A DNA stretch of 64,000 nucleotides from a candidate division WWE3 bacterium (GTDB taxonomy: Bacteria > Patescibacteriota > 4484-211 > GCA-002791395). The stretch's first letter is position 1, and every line of letters starts with the position of its first letter. A program made the translations under genes and the position numbers. This document shows positions 18,437 through 27,866 of this stretch, one piece after another. The notes under the pieces are model-generated. The model had not been told where the DNA came from and ran no database searches. It worked only from the letters and a program-made list of their open reading frames with translations. Where the stretch lies: positions 381,984 to 445,983 of the forward strand of contig JAAXWF010000001.1 of the NCBI GenBank assembly GCA_013335095.1. The letters are read 5' to 3'.

Positions 18437-18839
18437 TTGTCAGGCCTACCAGCGCTGGATTGGTTGTGATCATCCTGATCTACAGATTAGGGAAGGCCAC
18501 TGTTCGTTGTGTTACGGTGGTTTGGAATACTGCGTGCGATGCGGCTACGAACTGCAGACTCACGAACTACAGTGTCCAGATCATCCTGATTTTGATGCAT
18601 CGTTTCCGGGTCTTTTGCGGATAGTCTTTTGGAAAGATATTCCGCTGGAGCTACGGCTTCGTCAGATTGAGGGGGTATATCTATTGCGGCTTCATAGTGG
18701 TTTCATCGCCATCATGAAGGATGGGGTCGTTCCCCCCGAAATAGAGGCCGTTTTATTTACCCCACCACCTGTACCAGGAATGACTCAGGATGAGGCGTTT
18801 CTGGTCGAAGTCCCATATTTAGGGATGAGTATGTCCTAA
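18423..18839 (+). CDS. hypothetical Cys-rich protein (139 aa), possible zinc-ribbon N-terminus
   Basis: SD AGGAGGG 6 nt before the ATG at 18423. N-terminal Cys pairs (CQAY...CDHP, CSLCYGG, CVRCGYE, CPDHPD). Confidence 0.45.
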   Translation: MIPFDCQAYQRWIGCDHPDLQIREGHCSLCYGGLEYCVRCGYELQTHELQCPDHPDFDASFPGLLRIVFWKDIPLELRLRQIEGVYLLRLHSGFIAIMKDGVVPPEIEAVLFTPPPVPGMTQDEAFLVEVPYLGMSMS

Positions 18840-18892
18840 AAGGACACCTTGTAATTTGGCTAATAACTAAATTACAAGTGATAAACTAGGTG

Positions 18893-19114
18893 TCCGCCGG
18901 GGGCCAGCGCTTGGCCTATTATCGCCCCGGACGACCCCTTCACCGATGAAAACGGTGTAAAAGAGTTAGGAAGTCAAGCAGCCCCTCTGGGGCTTACCCA
19001 GAGATGTGTCGATAAGACGTTGAGTAAAAGGAGGCCTGTCGTGAAGATGGGCATAACTATATCTAGTCGGGCGGATTAACCGTGGGTATAACCACGAATA
19101 ATCCGCCTTTTTTG
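18893..19114 (+). ncRNA. candidate GC-rich structured RNA or leader element ending in an intrinsic terminator (19069-19114)
   Basis: GC-rich block with multiple hairpins (GCCGGGGG...CCCCGG, CACCG/CGGTG, CTCTGGG/CCCAGAG) in an AT-rich genome. A 12-codon mini-ORF with SD has its stop inside the terminator stem GGGCGGATTA...TAATCCGCC followed by T6. Confidence 0.35.
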
Positions 19115-19152
19115 TTATTATGGTAATTAAGGCAGGTATTTGTTAACTATTT

Positions 19153-21438
19153 ATGCATAATCGTCGTCCATCAAAAACATACACGCTTTCATCAGTATTA
19201 ATACCGACATCTATGTTTGTTGCTATCGGCGTGTTTATCGGAATCGCTCAACTTTTTCCAATTAGTCGTGCTGGGTGGGGAAACCTCTTTGCAAAAAATC
19301 AATCATCTGCTGCATCAAGTACATATTATGTCGCAACCACGGGAAATGATCAAAATAGTGGGACTACGTCATCTCCCCTACGAACAATAAATGCAGCCTT
19401 AAACAAAGTTACTGCTGGAGATACTGTAATTGTTCGAGGCGGAACCTATCAGGAACGAGTTGAGGTGAAAAGGCCAGGGACCATCAATTCACGAATAACA
19501 TTAACAGGTCAGCCCGGTGAAACAGTGATCATTGATGGAAGTTCTGTGACACATACTCAGGACGAATCACTTCTTTTTGTTGCCGAATCTGCTGTTTATA
19601 CAACTATTAAAAATTTAACTATAACGAATTCCGCTGGCAGGTGTGTCAGGATTTACGGTGATAATGTACGGATCGAAGGTCTTAAAGTATCTTACTGCAT
19701 GATGGCAGGTATCATTGGTTATTACGTTAATAATCTTGAATTGATAAATAATGAGGTGTGGGAAGCCAGTCGAATGAATGTTGCTCATGAGCGTGTTGAG
19801 GGATGGCCGGGTGCAGTTATGGTCAATTCAGGAAAGAATGTTCGGATTATTGGGAATCGAGTCCATAATAATCATGGTGAAGGAATCATGACGTGGTATG
19901 ACTATGAAAATGCATATATTGCTTCTAATACGGTCTATGACAACTGGAGTTGTGATTTATATATAGAAAAAACGTACAACTCGATCATCGAAAATAATCT
20001 TATATACGAAACAGAAACTTCATATATTCCTCGTAGCTCTGGTCCGGCTGAGCGAGAATTGGCAACAGGTATCTGTTCAGCTGATGAAGGTGGAGGAAAC
20101 CTACTTAGAAATAATCAATATCGAAATAATATTGTCGTTAACACGCGATATGGTTTTTCTTTTTGGAATTCAGCCGGTGACACGGGGATTAAAGATTCGA
20201 TGGTTGAAAATAATACTTTTGTGAATACTTGGGATTATGGTTTTAGAATAAATGGCGGTAATCATTACAATAGTCACATTCGCAATAACATTGTCTATCC
20301 AAGACAGGGCGCCCTATTAGTTAGCGATGGGAAAGACGGAATCATTTTCGAGAATAACTTATTTTATAATCCTTCAAATATCTCAAGCTCGTTTGAGTGG
20401 GGTGGGAAAAAATATTCATATGAGCAATTTAAAGGATTGCGCGCTGATCTTACATCTAATCTTTACGGAGACCCTTCATTGGTATCAAAAGGTGGATATA
20501 CTTCAGAGTTATCAAAGATTAAAAGTGGTTCTGCGGCAATTGATACTGGAAAAGCAAACAGTCTCGCTATCGATTACTTCGGGGGAGTAAGACCATACGA
20601 TGGAAACTACGACGGACGAGATATCGTAGATATTGGAGCTCATGAATATGCAGCTCCGGTAAATGGATCTCCAACACCGACGACTGTGCCAAATCCGACG
20701 ATAACCGTTCAGCCGACAAGTCGTCCTAGTTTAATGCCGACTCCGACCAGTACAATAACGGTAACACCTATTCCGTCGGTTACATCAATTCCAACGGCTA
20801 CACCAACAATTACGAGAAATATTATCAAAAACGCTGATTTTGAAAATGAGACTTCGGATTGGATGTTTAACACAACCGGTACGGGTGCATTCACTATTAG
20901 TGGACCAGGATTAAGCGGTTCATCTTCAGGTCATGTTGCTATTACTACCGTTGGAACAGTAACCCAGCTGTACCAGGTCACGGGTGTCTTACGTCCCAAC
21001 GTACCGTATCATTTCGCTCTGAATGTCTTGGCGAATGTTGACGCAAACCTTCAAGTTGATTTAATAAAACATACAACACCGTTCACGAGCTATGGATTGT
21101 ATATGCCCGTTCAAGCTACAGCTGTTAAAAATACTATCGGGAAAGATTTTACAATTAGTTCATCAGATAGTATTAATGACGCCCGCTTACGAATTATGTT
21201 TTTAAATCCAGCAGATTATACCGTCGATGATGTGGTAATCTTCGAAGTAATTCCCTCTGATGTGAATCGAGATGGGGGTGTTAACGTTTTCGATTTAGGC
21301 GTGCTGATCGGCCTCTATGGTACTTCGGTTGAGAGTAGCAACATTCTTTCGGTCCAATCTGACATCAACCATGATGGATCTATCGATATATTTGATTTAG
21401 GCATACTTTCATCTATGTGGGGAACGTCCTCTTTATAG
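19153..21438 (+). CDS. secreted right-handed beta-helix (pectate-lyase-like) surface protein with Pro/Thr linker and C-terminal dockerin-type repeats
   Basis: N-terminal hydrophobic signal/TM. Repeated ...N...G... beta-helix repeats (NNHGEG, NTVYDN, NNLIYE). PT-rich linker. Paired DxNxDGxxNxxDL motifs (DVNRDGGVNVFDL, DINHDGSIDIFDL). Confidence 0.65.
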   Translation: MHNRRPSKTYTLSSVLIPTSMFVAIGVFIGIAQLFPISRAGWGNLFAKNQSSAASSTYYVATTGNDQNSGTTSSPLRTINAALNKVTAGDTVIVRGGTYQERVEVKRPGTINSRITLTGQPGETVIIDGSSVTHTQDESLLFVAESAVYTTIKNLTITNSAGRCVRIYGDNVRIEGLKVSYCMMAGIIGYYVNNLELINNEVWEASRMNVAHERVEGWPGAVMVNSGKNVRIIGNRVHNNHGEGIMTWYDYENAYIASNTVYDNWSCDLYIEKTYNSIIENNLIYETETSYIPRSSGPAERELATGICSADEGGGNLLRNNQYRNNIVVNTRYGFSFWNSAGDTGIKDSMVENNTFVNTWDYGFRINGGNHYNSHIRNNIVYPRQGALLVSDGKDGIIFENNLFYNPSNISSSFEWGGKKYSYEQFKGLRADLTSNLYGDPSLVSKGGYTSELSKIKSGSAAIDTGKANSLAIDYFGGVRPYDGNYDGRDIVDIGAHEYAAPVNGSPTPTTVPNPTITVQPTSRPSLMPTPTSTITVTPIPSVTSIPTATPTITRNIIKNADFENETSDWMFNTTGTGAFTISGPGLSGSSSGHVAITTVGTVTQLYQVTGVLRPNVPYHFALNVLANVDANLQVDLIKHTTPFTSYGLYMPVQATAVKNTIGKDFTISSSDSINDARLRIMFLNPADYTVDDVVIFEVIPSDVNRDGGVNVFDLGVLIGLYGTSVESSNILSVQSDINHDGSIDIFDLGILSSMWGTSSL

Positions 21439-21481
21439 TTAAATTTACCTAGACCTATCATTGATCAAGTACAATAAGGGT

Positions 21482-22588
21482 ATGAAACATTTTGTTGATA
21501 TAGCGACATTTGAAGTAAAAGCGGGGGATGGCGGAAACGGTGCCGTATCATTTCGTCGAGAAAAATACATTCCTAGAGGAGGTCCAGATGGCGGAGATGG
21601 TGGTAATGGTGGAAGCATCTATGCCAAAGCGACCAGTGCCCTCTCGACTCTTTACGACTTTACCCATCGTCATAAGTTTGTAAGCGAAGATGGAGAACAC
21701 GGTGGAAAAGCTCAAAAGTCAGGCAAATCGGGGAATGACATCGTCCTTAAATTTCCAATTGGAACTATTATTTACGAACATCAGTATCCCAATACGTCTG
21801 AAGCAAAATTAGTAAAAATCGCCGACCTTGACGAAGATAATGAGACCACTTTATTAGTAAAAGGTGGAAGAGGCGGACGAGGGAACGTTAATTTCAAATC
21901 AGCGACAAACCAGACCCCTGATTATGCTACTCCGGGTACTCCTGGAGGACATAAAGTTATCGTCGTCGAACTTAAAACCGTAGCCGATATTGGGTTGATT
22001 GGATTGCCGAATGCTGGAAAAAGCACACTCCTTTCTCGATTAACCAACGCTAAACCCGAAATAGCTGCATATCCGTTTACGACGCTTAGCCCCAATTTAG
22101 GTATTATGGAATATCGTAATCAGCGGATTGTGATTGCCGATATCCCTGGACTAATCGAAGGTGCCGCCCAAGGTAAGGGATTAGGGGATGATTTCTTGCG
22201 CCACGTCGAGCGGACACGCGTACTCGTACATCTAATTGATCCATTATTTCAAGACCCGATCCAAGCATATCAAACAATTCGTAAGGAACTAGGGGAGTAT
22301 TCACCATTACTTTTAGAAAAAAAGGAGCTCATTGTTTTAACAAAGGTCGATATTACCGAAGTTAAAGACTCAATTAATCAGATCTTGGAACGGTTTAATA
22401 AAGAACTTGGACGTAATGAAGTCGTATTTATCTCTGCAGCAACCGGAGAAGGGATTGACACCCTACAGGACCGAGTCGAAAAGCTTGTCGCCGCAGACCG
22501 ACTACAAGCACCTTCCGCCGAAGAAAAAGCGAAACAGAAGAACTCTGAAATTCCGGTGTTTACTCTGAATGATTTAAAATCTCGTTAA
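21482..22588 (+). CDS. obg: GTPase Obg/CgtA
   Basis: Gly-rich Obg fold (GGDGGNGGSIY, GGRGGRGN). G domain (GLPNAGKSTLL, DIPGLIEGA). Confidence 0.85.
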   Translation: MKHFVDIATFEVKAGDGGNGAVSFRREKYIPRGGPDGGDGGNGGSIYAKATSALSTLYDFTHRHKFVSEDGEHGGKAQKSGKSGNDIVLKFPIGTIIYEHQYPNTSEAKLVKIADLDEDNETTLLVKGGRGGRGNVNFKSATNQTPDYATPGTPGGHKVIVVELKTVADIGLIGLPNAGKSTLLSRLTNAKPEIAAYPFTTLSPNLGIMEYRNQRIVIADIPGLIEGAAQGKGLGDDFLRHVERTRVLVHLIDPLFQDPIQAYQTIRKELGEYSPLLLEKKELIVLTKVDITEVKDSINQILERFNKELGRNEVVFISAATGEGIDTLQDRVEKLVAADRLQAPSAEEKAKQKNSEIPVFTLNDLKSR

Positions 22589-22699
22589 CATTTCCTTAAA
22601 ATATACAAAAAGTTATCGGTAACTATTTTATCTTTAGCTAGATTTAGATTTTTTATAGAACTCAATTATGGGGATTATCGTGTGGTACGCAAAACAAAA

Positions 22700-22745
22700 A
22701 AACCGACGGGCCTGAGTTTTGTTCCTCTCAGGACCGTCGGCGATT
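22700..22745 (-). terminator. intrinsic terminator on the minus strand (CCGACGGGCCTGAG...CTCAGGACCGTCGG with U-run)
   Basis: Long nested hairpin with the plus strand carrying A7 immediately 5', which gives a U-run on the minus strand. Confidence 0.45.
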
Positions 22746-22998
22746 AATTCAAAAGAGCGGCGAAGGCCGCGGAGAATTACCCAGCATAACGCGCTGGGCT
22801 CCCGCGACTGACTACAACGCCGCTCGACGAACGACGGCAGCTATAAGCGCTGCCGGTGGTACCAGTCCCTCCCCCCGGTAGGGTACTGGCCTAAGGTGCG
22901 AACCTGCCCGACGTTGGCGAACCGAACATGGGCGGAAATGGGGTAATGTGCAAAAAAGAAAGTGTGACGCTACCCCCAGTGAGCGGGCGGGCGATCGG

Positions 22999-23127
22999 CT
23001 ATAGCTTAGAGCCGGCGCCGGCCAGGGTCTTGGCGTAGGGATCGGACTTGGCGATCAGGCCGTTGACATCATATGCAGTATCGAGGCAAAACCTCACAGG
23101 GCGATCTCTCGCATGGAGTCGATTCAT
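22999..23127 (-). CDS. candidate small protein (42 aa) inside the GC-rich island
   Basis: SD GGGAGGTG 4 nt before the ATG. A sigma70-like promoter (TTCACA, 16 nt, TATAAA) lies about 100 nt upstream on the minus strand. Function unknown. Confidence 0.3.
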   Translation of the reverse strand: MNRLHARDRPVRFCLDTAYDVNGLIAKSDPYAKTLAGAGSKL

Positions 23128-23277
23128 CGACACCTCCCTTTGTTTCTTACTTGTCGCGCCCCCGAGCGGCGCATGTGCGAATATTAAGTGAATTTTACGG
23201 CGCGATATTCTAGGGCGCAATATGTAATTTATTATGGGATTTATAAGAATTCAGTTTAAGTTGTGAATGAATTTGGT

Positions 23278-23320
23278 TAGAAAAAGAAAAGGCCGGGCCC
23301 CTTTTCAGGGAACCCGGCAC
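23278..23320 (-). terminator. intrinsic terminator on the minus strand (GCCGGGTTCCCTGAAAAGGGGCCCGGC followed by TTTTCTTTTTC)
   Basis: Hairpin followed by a long U-run when read on the minus strand. Confidence 0.55.
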
Positions 23321-24385
23321 ATATTGTAGCTATTGTTGTTGCTTCCTGGGGCGCTACTACCAAGAAGCTCCGATTTGGAGTACTGACGTCATCAAAAGGA
23401 CATCCCTCCTTCCAGAAGCTCGCATATGCGAGCGAGTAAACGCTGCCGCAGGCGAGGGCCGGCGGGCGGGCCGGGGAGTGGTGGGCTTTATACCACCGAT
23501 ACAACTCCCGGGCACAGTGCGGCCGGCGCAATTTGCCGATTGGGCAGCGAATTGATCCAATTCCTGATGCATGTTGATCATAGATCGACACCGCGCAGGA
23601 ACGAGCAGCCGTTCGGTTCCGGATATCTGCCTTAGCAGAGTACCGTCGAGCGGGAGCCAGCTTGGCTCCGGCGAAAACCGAATGGGCGATACACTCTTGC
23701 GCGGGGCCAGGGCCGGCGGGGCATGACGCGCATAATAATCGCGCCTGCCAGGAACAAGCCAGCCGGGCCCGCAGGTACTCCTGCGCGGTGCCTAACACAT
23801 CTGCCTTAGCCTACGCCGCTGTGCCTCCGGTCATAGCCGGGGCGAGGCGTTTGGGCCGCTCGAAGGCGAGATGTGTTTTGACGGCTGCTTACAGCCGTCA
23901 CGGCGTGAGGCCTTCACCAAGCTAGAAGCTTGATGAAGAACCTCCCTGGTGCTAACCAGGCTCGATGGACTGGCCCCGGGAATACCGGTTCCATTTCATC
24001 GTGATCACCTCACTGTTTCTACCACCAGATAAAGCTTTTAAAAATCTATGCCGGTTGGTCCGGCCGGTCTATCCTCCACCTCCTGGTGGTGAGGTAGGGT
24101 AGACCTAGATCTTCAGCTTCATGGGGTAGCCTCCTTTCGTGCCTAAACGGCACATTGCGCCCACACCAAGCCGCGCATGGCTATGCGGTGGGGCTATTCC
24201 AGGTGTGCGGCAAGCGCGCTATGGCGTCTTTTGCGTTTCTACGCCGCGGGCGCTGCCAGAGGTCGATCAGGCCGCAGGCCGATCAGGCATCATAAGAGTT
24301 TGCGCACGAGTTAATGTGCTGGTGCAATAAGCACCTCCTTCTACCTATCATAGCGGATCTACGTTACCCGCCAAACGTGCAGACA

Positions 24386-24413
24386 TTATAACATAATAGG
24401 TGAGTAAGTCAAA
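24386..24413 (-). promoter_or_regulatory. strong sigma70-like promoter on the minus strand (TTGACT, 16 nt, TATAAT), driving transcription into the GC-rich island
   Basis: Near-consensus -35/-10 with 16-nt spacing, seen on the reverse complement. Confidence 0.45.
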
Positions 24414-24479
24414 CTATGGGCTTTGTGGTGGTATAATACCAAGTGTCTAAAGGGTCGGTCATCATAGAGGAGGCATGCT

Positions 24480-24998
24480 ATGCCGATGGTCGTGATCGAA
24501 TTGGAGAAAGAGCCGAGCCAGGCTCAGATACTGGAGCTACAGGCAATTTGGCCTGTGGCATCGATTCGGGTTTTCGGCGATCCCCAGGTGATTCCACCAG
24601 CAGTGGCGGAAACTGAGGAATTGGTGTTGCGGGTTAAGATTGGGGCATGGGGGTATGAGAGTCTTATTTCGAGCCTCAAATCACATCCCAGTCGTCTAGT
24701 TGTTCTGATCATGTCGGACGCGACCGTCGTGATCCGCCGTCGTAACGGCAGCATCACTGCGGGGATCATGGCACATGACGAATGCGACTTTCGCGTCAGG
24801 AGTTGGGGGCGCATCGATGATTTTGTCGATGCGATTCGTGCCATTGGCCCGGGCTGCCATGCTCGGACTGGATGGGGACGAACTGCTCACCTAATCAAGG
24901 ACGGATCGGCAGATGTCGTAGGATTTGCTGAATTCACGAAGCAGCAAAATCTGCCACCGCTGGTAATTGCCGAGATCAATCGACACAAACGGGGCTGA
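24480..24998 (+). CDS. hypothetical protein (172 aa), GC-rich
   Basis: SD GAGGAGG 7 nt before the ATG. Extended -10 (TGGTATAAT) about 45 nt upstream. Terminator hairpin at 25025-25056. Confidence 0.5.
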   Translation: MPMVVIELEKEPSQAQILELQAIWPVASIRVFGDPQVIPPAVAETEELVLRVKIGAWGYESLISSLKSHPSRLVVLIMSDATVVIRRRNGSITAGIMAHDECDFRVRSWGRIDDFVDAIRAIGPGCHARTGWGRTAHLIKDGSADVVGFAEFTKQQNLPPLVIAEINRHKRG

Positions 24999-25045
24999 TT
25001 GATCTCGCAATCAGAAAATCGGGGGCCATAGAGCAATCTATGGCC

Positions 25046-26263
25046 TTATTCTTTTGAGTCGGGAAAATATTTTTTGTCTATAAGGTCATCGGGAAGATAG
25101 CTTTTTTCATCATACATTGCGTACCCTTTCCCGTACCCAATATCTTTCATCAATTTTGTCGGAGCATTTCTAAGATGTAGGGGGATTGGGAGATTTCCAT
25201 ATTTTTTAACATCGTCTACCGCCTTAAAATAAGCATCGTATGCCGATCGATTCTTTTTGCATAAAGAAAGATAGGTAACCCCATGCGCGAGGTTGATTTG
25301 ACATTCCGGATATCCAATGACTTCACATGCTTTAAATACCTCATTTGCTACGACTAATGCTGTTGGTTGAGCGATGCCAATATCTTCACTCGCAAAGATA
25401 ACCATACGCCTCGCAATAAAAAGAGGATCCTCACCGGCATCGACCATCCGTGCTAAATAATATAGTGCCGCATCTGGTTGGCTTGCTCTCATCGATTTTA
25501 TAAATGCAGACACGGTGTTGTAATGCTCTTCACCATTCTTATCATATTTAAGTGTGGTCTGCTGGACCGCCTCCAGCAGTATTTCTTTGGTTACGGTTTG
25601 TGTGTCATCTATTTCGGGTGTGATGGCGATAGCAGTTTCAAGTAAATTGAGGGCACTTCGTGCATCGCCATGGCATAGCTGGGGGATGATCGCTCGATCA
25701 AAATCTAGCATTATTCTACGATTACCGTATCCGCGGTCCTTGTCATGCAATGCTAACTCTATTAATGTACTAATATCTGAATCTGCTAAAGGTTTTAGCA
25801 CCAACACACGGCATCGTGATAGCAATGCTGGGTTAACCTCAAAACTAGGGTTTTCCGTAGTCGCCCCGACTAATGTGAGCGTTCCGTTTTCTACATGAGG
25901 CAATAGTGCATCCTGTTGATTCTTATTAAACCTATGAATCTCATCTATGAATAACAAGGTCTTCTTATTGAGGTCCTTTCGTATTTGTTTTGCCTGTCCC
26001 ACGATTAAACGAATATCTTTAACCCCATTTTCTATCGCACTAATTTGAATAAAATCATAATTACCGGTGTGGGCAAGTGTTTTGGCGATAGTTGTTTTTC
26101 CTGACCCAGGTGGTCCCCAAAAAATAATTGATGGGATCTGATCTTGCTCAACAATTTGACGAAGAATTCTTTTCTCACCGATTAAGTGACCTTGTCCGAC
26201 GACTTCATCGAGAGTTCTTGGCCGCATTCGTTCTGCGAGGGGTGCATCAAATTTATTTTGCAT
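25046..26263 (-). CDS. rarA: replication-associated recombination protein A (RarA/MgsA)
   Basis: AAA+ Walker A (GPPGSGKTTIAKTLAH). Walker B (LLFIDEIHRFNKNQQDALL). MgsA C-terminal domain. Confidence 0.85.
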   Translation of the reverse strand: MQNKFDAPLAERMRPRTLDEVVGQGHLIGEKRILRQIVEQDQIPSIIFWGPPGSGKTTIAKTLAHTGNYDFIQISAIENGVKDIRLIVGQAKQIRKDLNKKTLLFIDEIHRFNKNQQDALLPHVENGTLTLVGATTENPSFEVNPALLSRCRVLVLKPLADSDISTLIELALHDKDRGYGNRRIMLDFDRAIIPQLCHGDARSALNLLETAIAITPEIDDTQTVTKEILLEAVQQTTLKYDKNGEEHYNTVSAFIKSMRASQPDAALYYLARMVDAGEDPLFIARRMVIFASEDIGIAQPTALVVANEVFKACEVIGYPECQINLAHGVTYLSLCKKNRSAYDAYFKAVDDVKKYGNLPIPLHLRNAPTKLMKDIGYGKGYAMYDEKSYLPDDLIDKKYFPDSKE

Positions 26264-26524
26264 AATCTCTATTGTATCGTCAAAATGTTAGATTCTTAAA
26301 GATAGACAAGTGTACTCATTTTAAAAACATTTAGGTAAGTATTGTAAGCCGGTAGTGTTGTTGATGGGTTCGCTTCTTGTTGATGTACGTAGTGAGTAGC
26401 TTTATTGCTCGAATGATTATGACTCTGATATATAGGGCCTAACCTGCTGGATTAAGAATAGCGAGAGTTGCATCTGAGTAATATGTTATCTAGTTGGACC
26501 TAATTGAGGCTTACCTGCGGTAGC

Positions 26525-27217
26525 TTATAGCTTTGACTTACCATCGTCGGTTTTACTCTGTAAAAGCTTTTGGTTTGTTCGATATTTTTCTCTAAAACTA
26601 AAGTATTTATTGCTGCCTAAAATGACGTGGTCAATTAATTCGATCCCGAGTAGGCGACCGGCTTTAATTAATTGTTTTGTAATAATAATATCCTCCCGTG
26701 AAGGTTCCGGATTTCCGGAGGGGTGATTATGAACAATGATAATTCTCGCTGCATGGAATGATAAGGCGTAGCTAAATATTTCACGAGGATGTATGAGGCT
26801 AGCATCCAATGTTCCGATGGTTATTATTTTCTTTTTTATTAATTCGTTTCGTGCATTTAAATATATTCCAACCAGATGCTCCTGTTTTTTTTCGATAATT
26901 GCGTGTGTTAACGTTACGACGTCTTGGGCATTTTTGATTGTCGGCATCAAATCAATGTAATTAATTCTTCGATACAGTTCAGCTCCTGCAAGTAGAGCAG
27001 TTGCTTTAGATTTTCCGATACCTTTAATTAAAGATAATTGAGACGACTTCATCTGAAATAAATCGACGAGAGATCGCTGTTTAAGAATTTCTTTTGCTAC
27101 TTTATATGCACTCACCCCCGAGTAGCCGGTTCGAATCACTACAGCCAGAAGCTCTGCATCAGTAAGTGCAGAAGCACCTTTTTCGATCATTTTTTCTCTT
27201 GGTTTTATACTATACAT
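26525..27217 (-). CDS. radC: RadC-like JAB domain protein
   Basis: HhH N-terminus. JAMM/JAB motif HNHPSGNPEPSREDI. Confidence 0.8.
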   Translation of the reverse strand: MYSIKPREKMIEKGASALTDAELLAVVIRTGYSGVSAYKVAKEILKQRSLVDLFQMKSSQLSLIKGIGKSKATALLAGAELYRRINYIDLMPTIKNAQDVVTLTHAIIEKKQEHLVGIYLNARNELIKKKIITIGTLDASLIHPREIFSYALSFHAARIIIVHNHPSGNPEPSREDIIITKQLIKAGRLLGIELIDHVILGSNKYFSFREKYRTNQKLLQSKTDDGKSKL

Positions 27218-27380
27218 AACGTAAATATCATTGTATATAGTGAGTCAATACGTGCAATGCTCGCATGGCAAAGCTTGTTAGCGATTGATGGATATCTTTG
27301 TTGGGGAACTTTTGTCCTATTGTATGGGGAATTTGTCTTTATTAGTTTATTTTTTAACTAAGTTGTGTTATTAACAGAAT

Positions 27381-27818
27381 ATGAGAGTTGTCGATGTTAT
27401 GACAGATGAGGTTATAACCGTTAGGGAAACGACCCCATTTAAGCAAATTGTAAATATCTTAATTCAAAATAAAATTTCTGGAGTTCCAGTCGTAGATGAC
27501 ACAGATAGTCTCGTTGGAATAATTTCAGAAAAAGATTTGTTGCTCCGATTATTCCCTGAACATGAAGATTTTTATAAAACGTTCAAAGAATATTATGACG
27601 CAGAACTTATTCGTAAAGAAGTTGGTAAATTAAGTAGATTCGTTGCCCAAGATTTAATGACCAATAAAGTAATAACCGTGCAAAAAGATGAACCCGTACT
27701 GGGTGCATGTGCCTTAATGCTCGTGCATAATATTCGGAGATTACCAGTAGTTGAGGAGAATCATGTAATTGGAATTGTCACGACTAATGATTTGTATAAA
27801 AAATGTCTCACATTGTAG
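27381..27818 (+). CDS. CBS domain pair protein
   Basis: Two CBS repeats (VITVRETTPF..., VITVQKDEPV...). Confidence 0.6.
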   Translation: MRVVDVMTDEVITVRETTPFKQIVNILIQNKISGVPVVDDTDSLVGIISEKDLLLRLFPEHEDFYKTFKEYYDAELIRKEVGKLSRFVAQDLMTNKVITVQKDEPVLGACALMLVHNIRRLPVVEENHVIGIVTTNDLYKKCLTL

Positions 27819-27866
27819 TTTCTATCAAAGTTAGTAGTATATTGTCAGAATGGGACTAAGACCTTT

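Noticed and set aside
23283-23325. RNase P RNA P4-like strings (GAAAAGGCCGGGCCCC ... AACCCGGC)
   Set aside because: The two halves are only about 20 nt apart and form a simple hairpin. In real RNase P RNA they are separated by about 250 nt, and the other conserved regions are not found. This is a terminator, not RNase P.
23277-23798. 173-aa minus-strand ORF in the GC-rich island
   Set aside because: The translation is Ala/Arg/Pro/Cys-rich nonsense. It is GTG-initiated without a usable SD. Its C-terminal FFF codons are simply the U-run of a terminator. I treat the region as non-coding.
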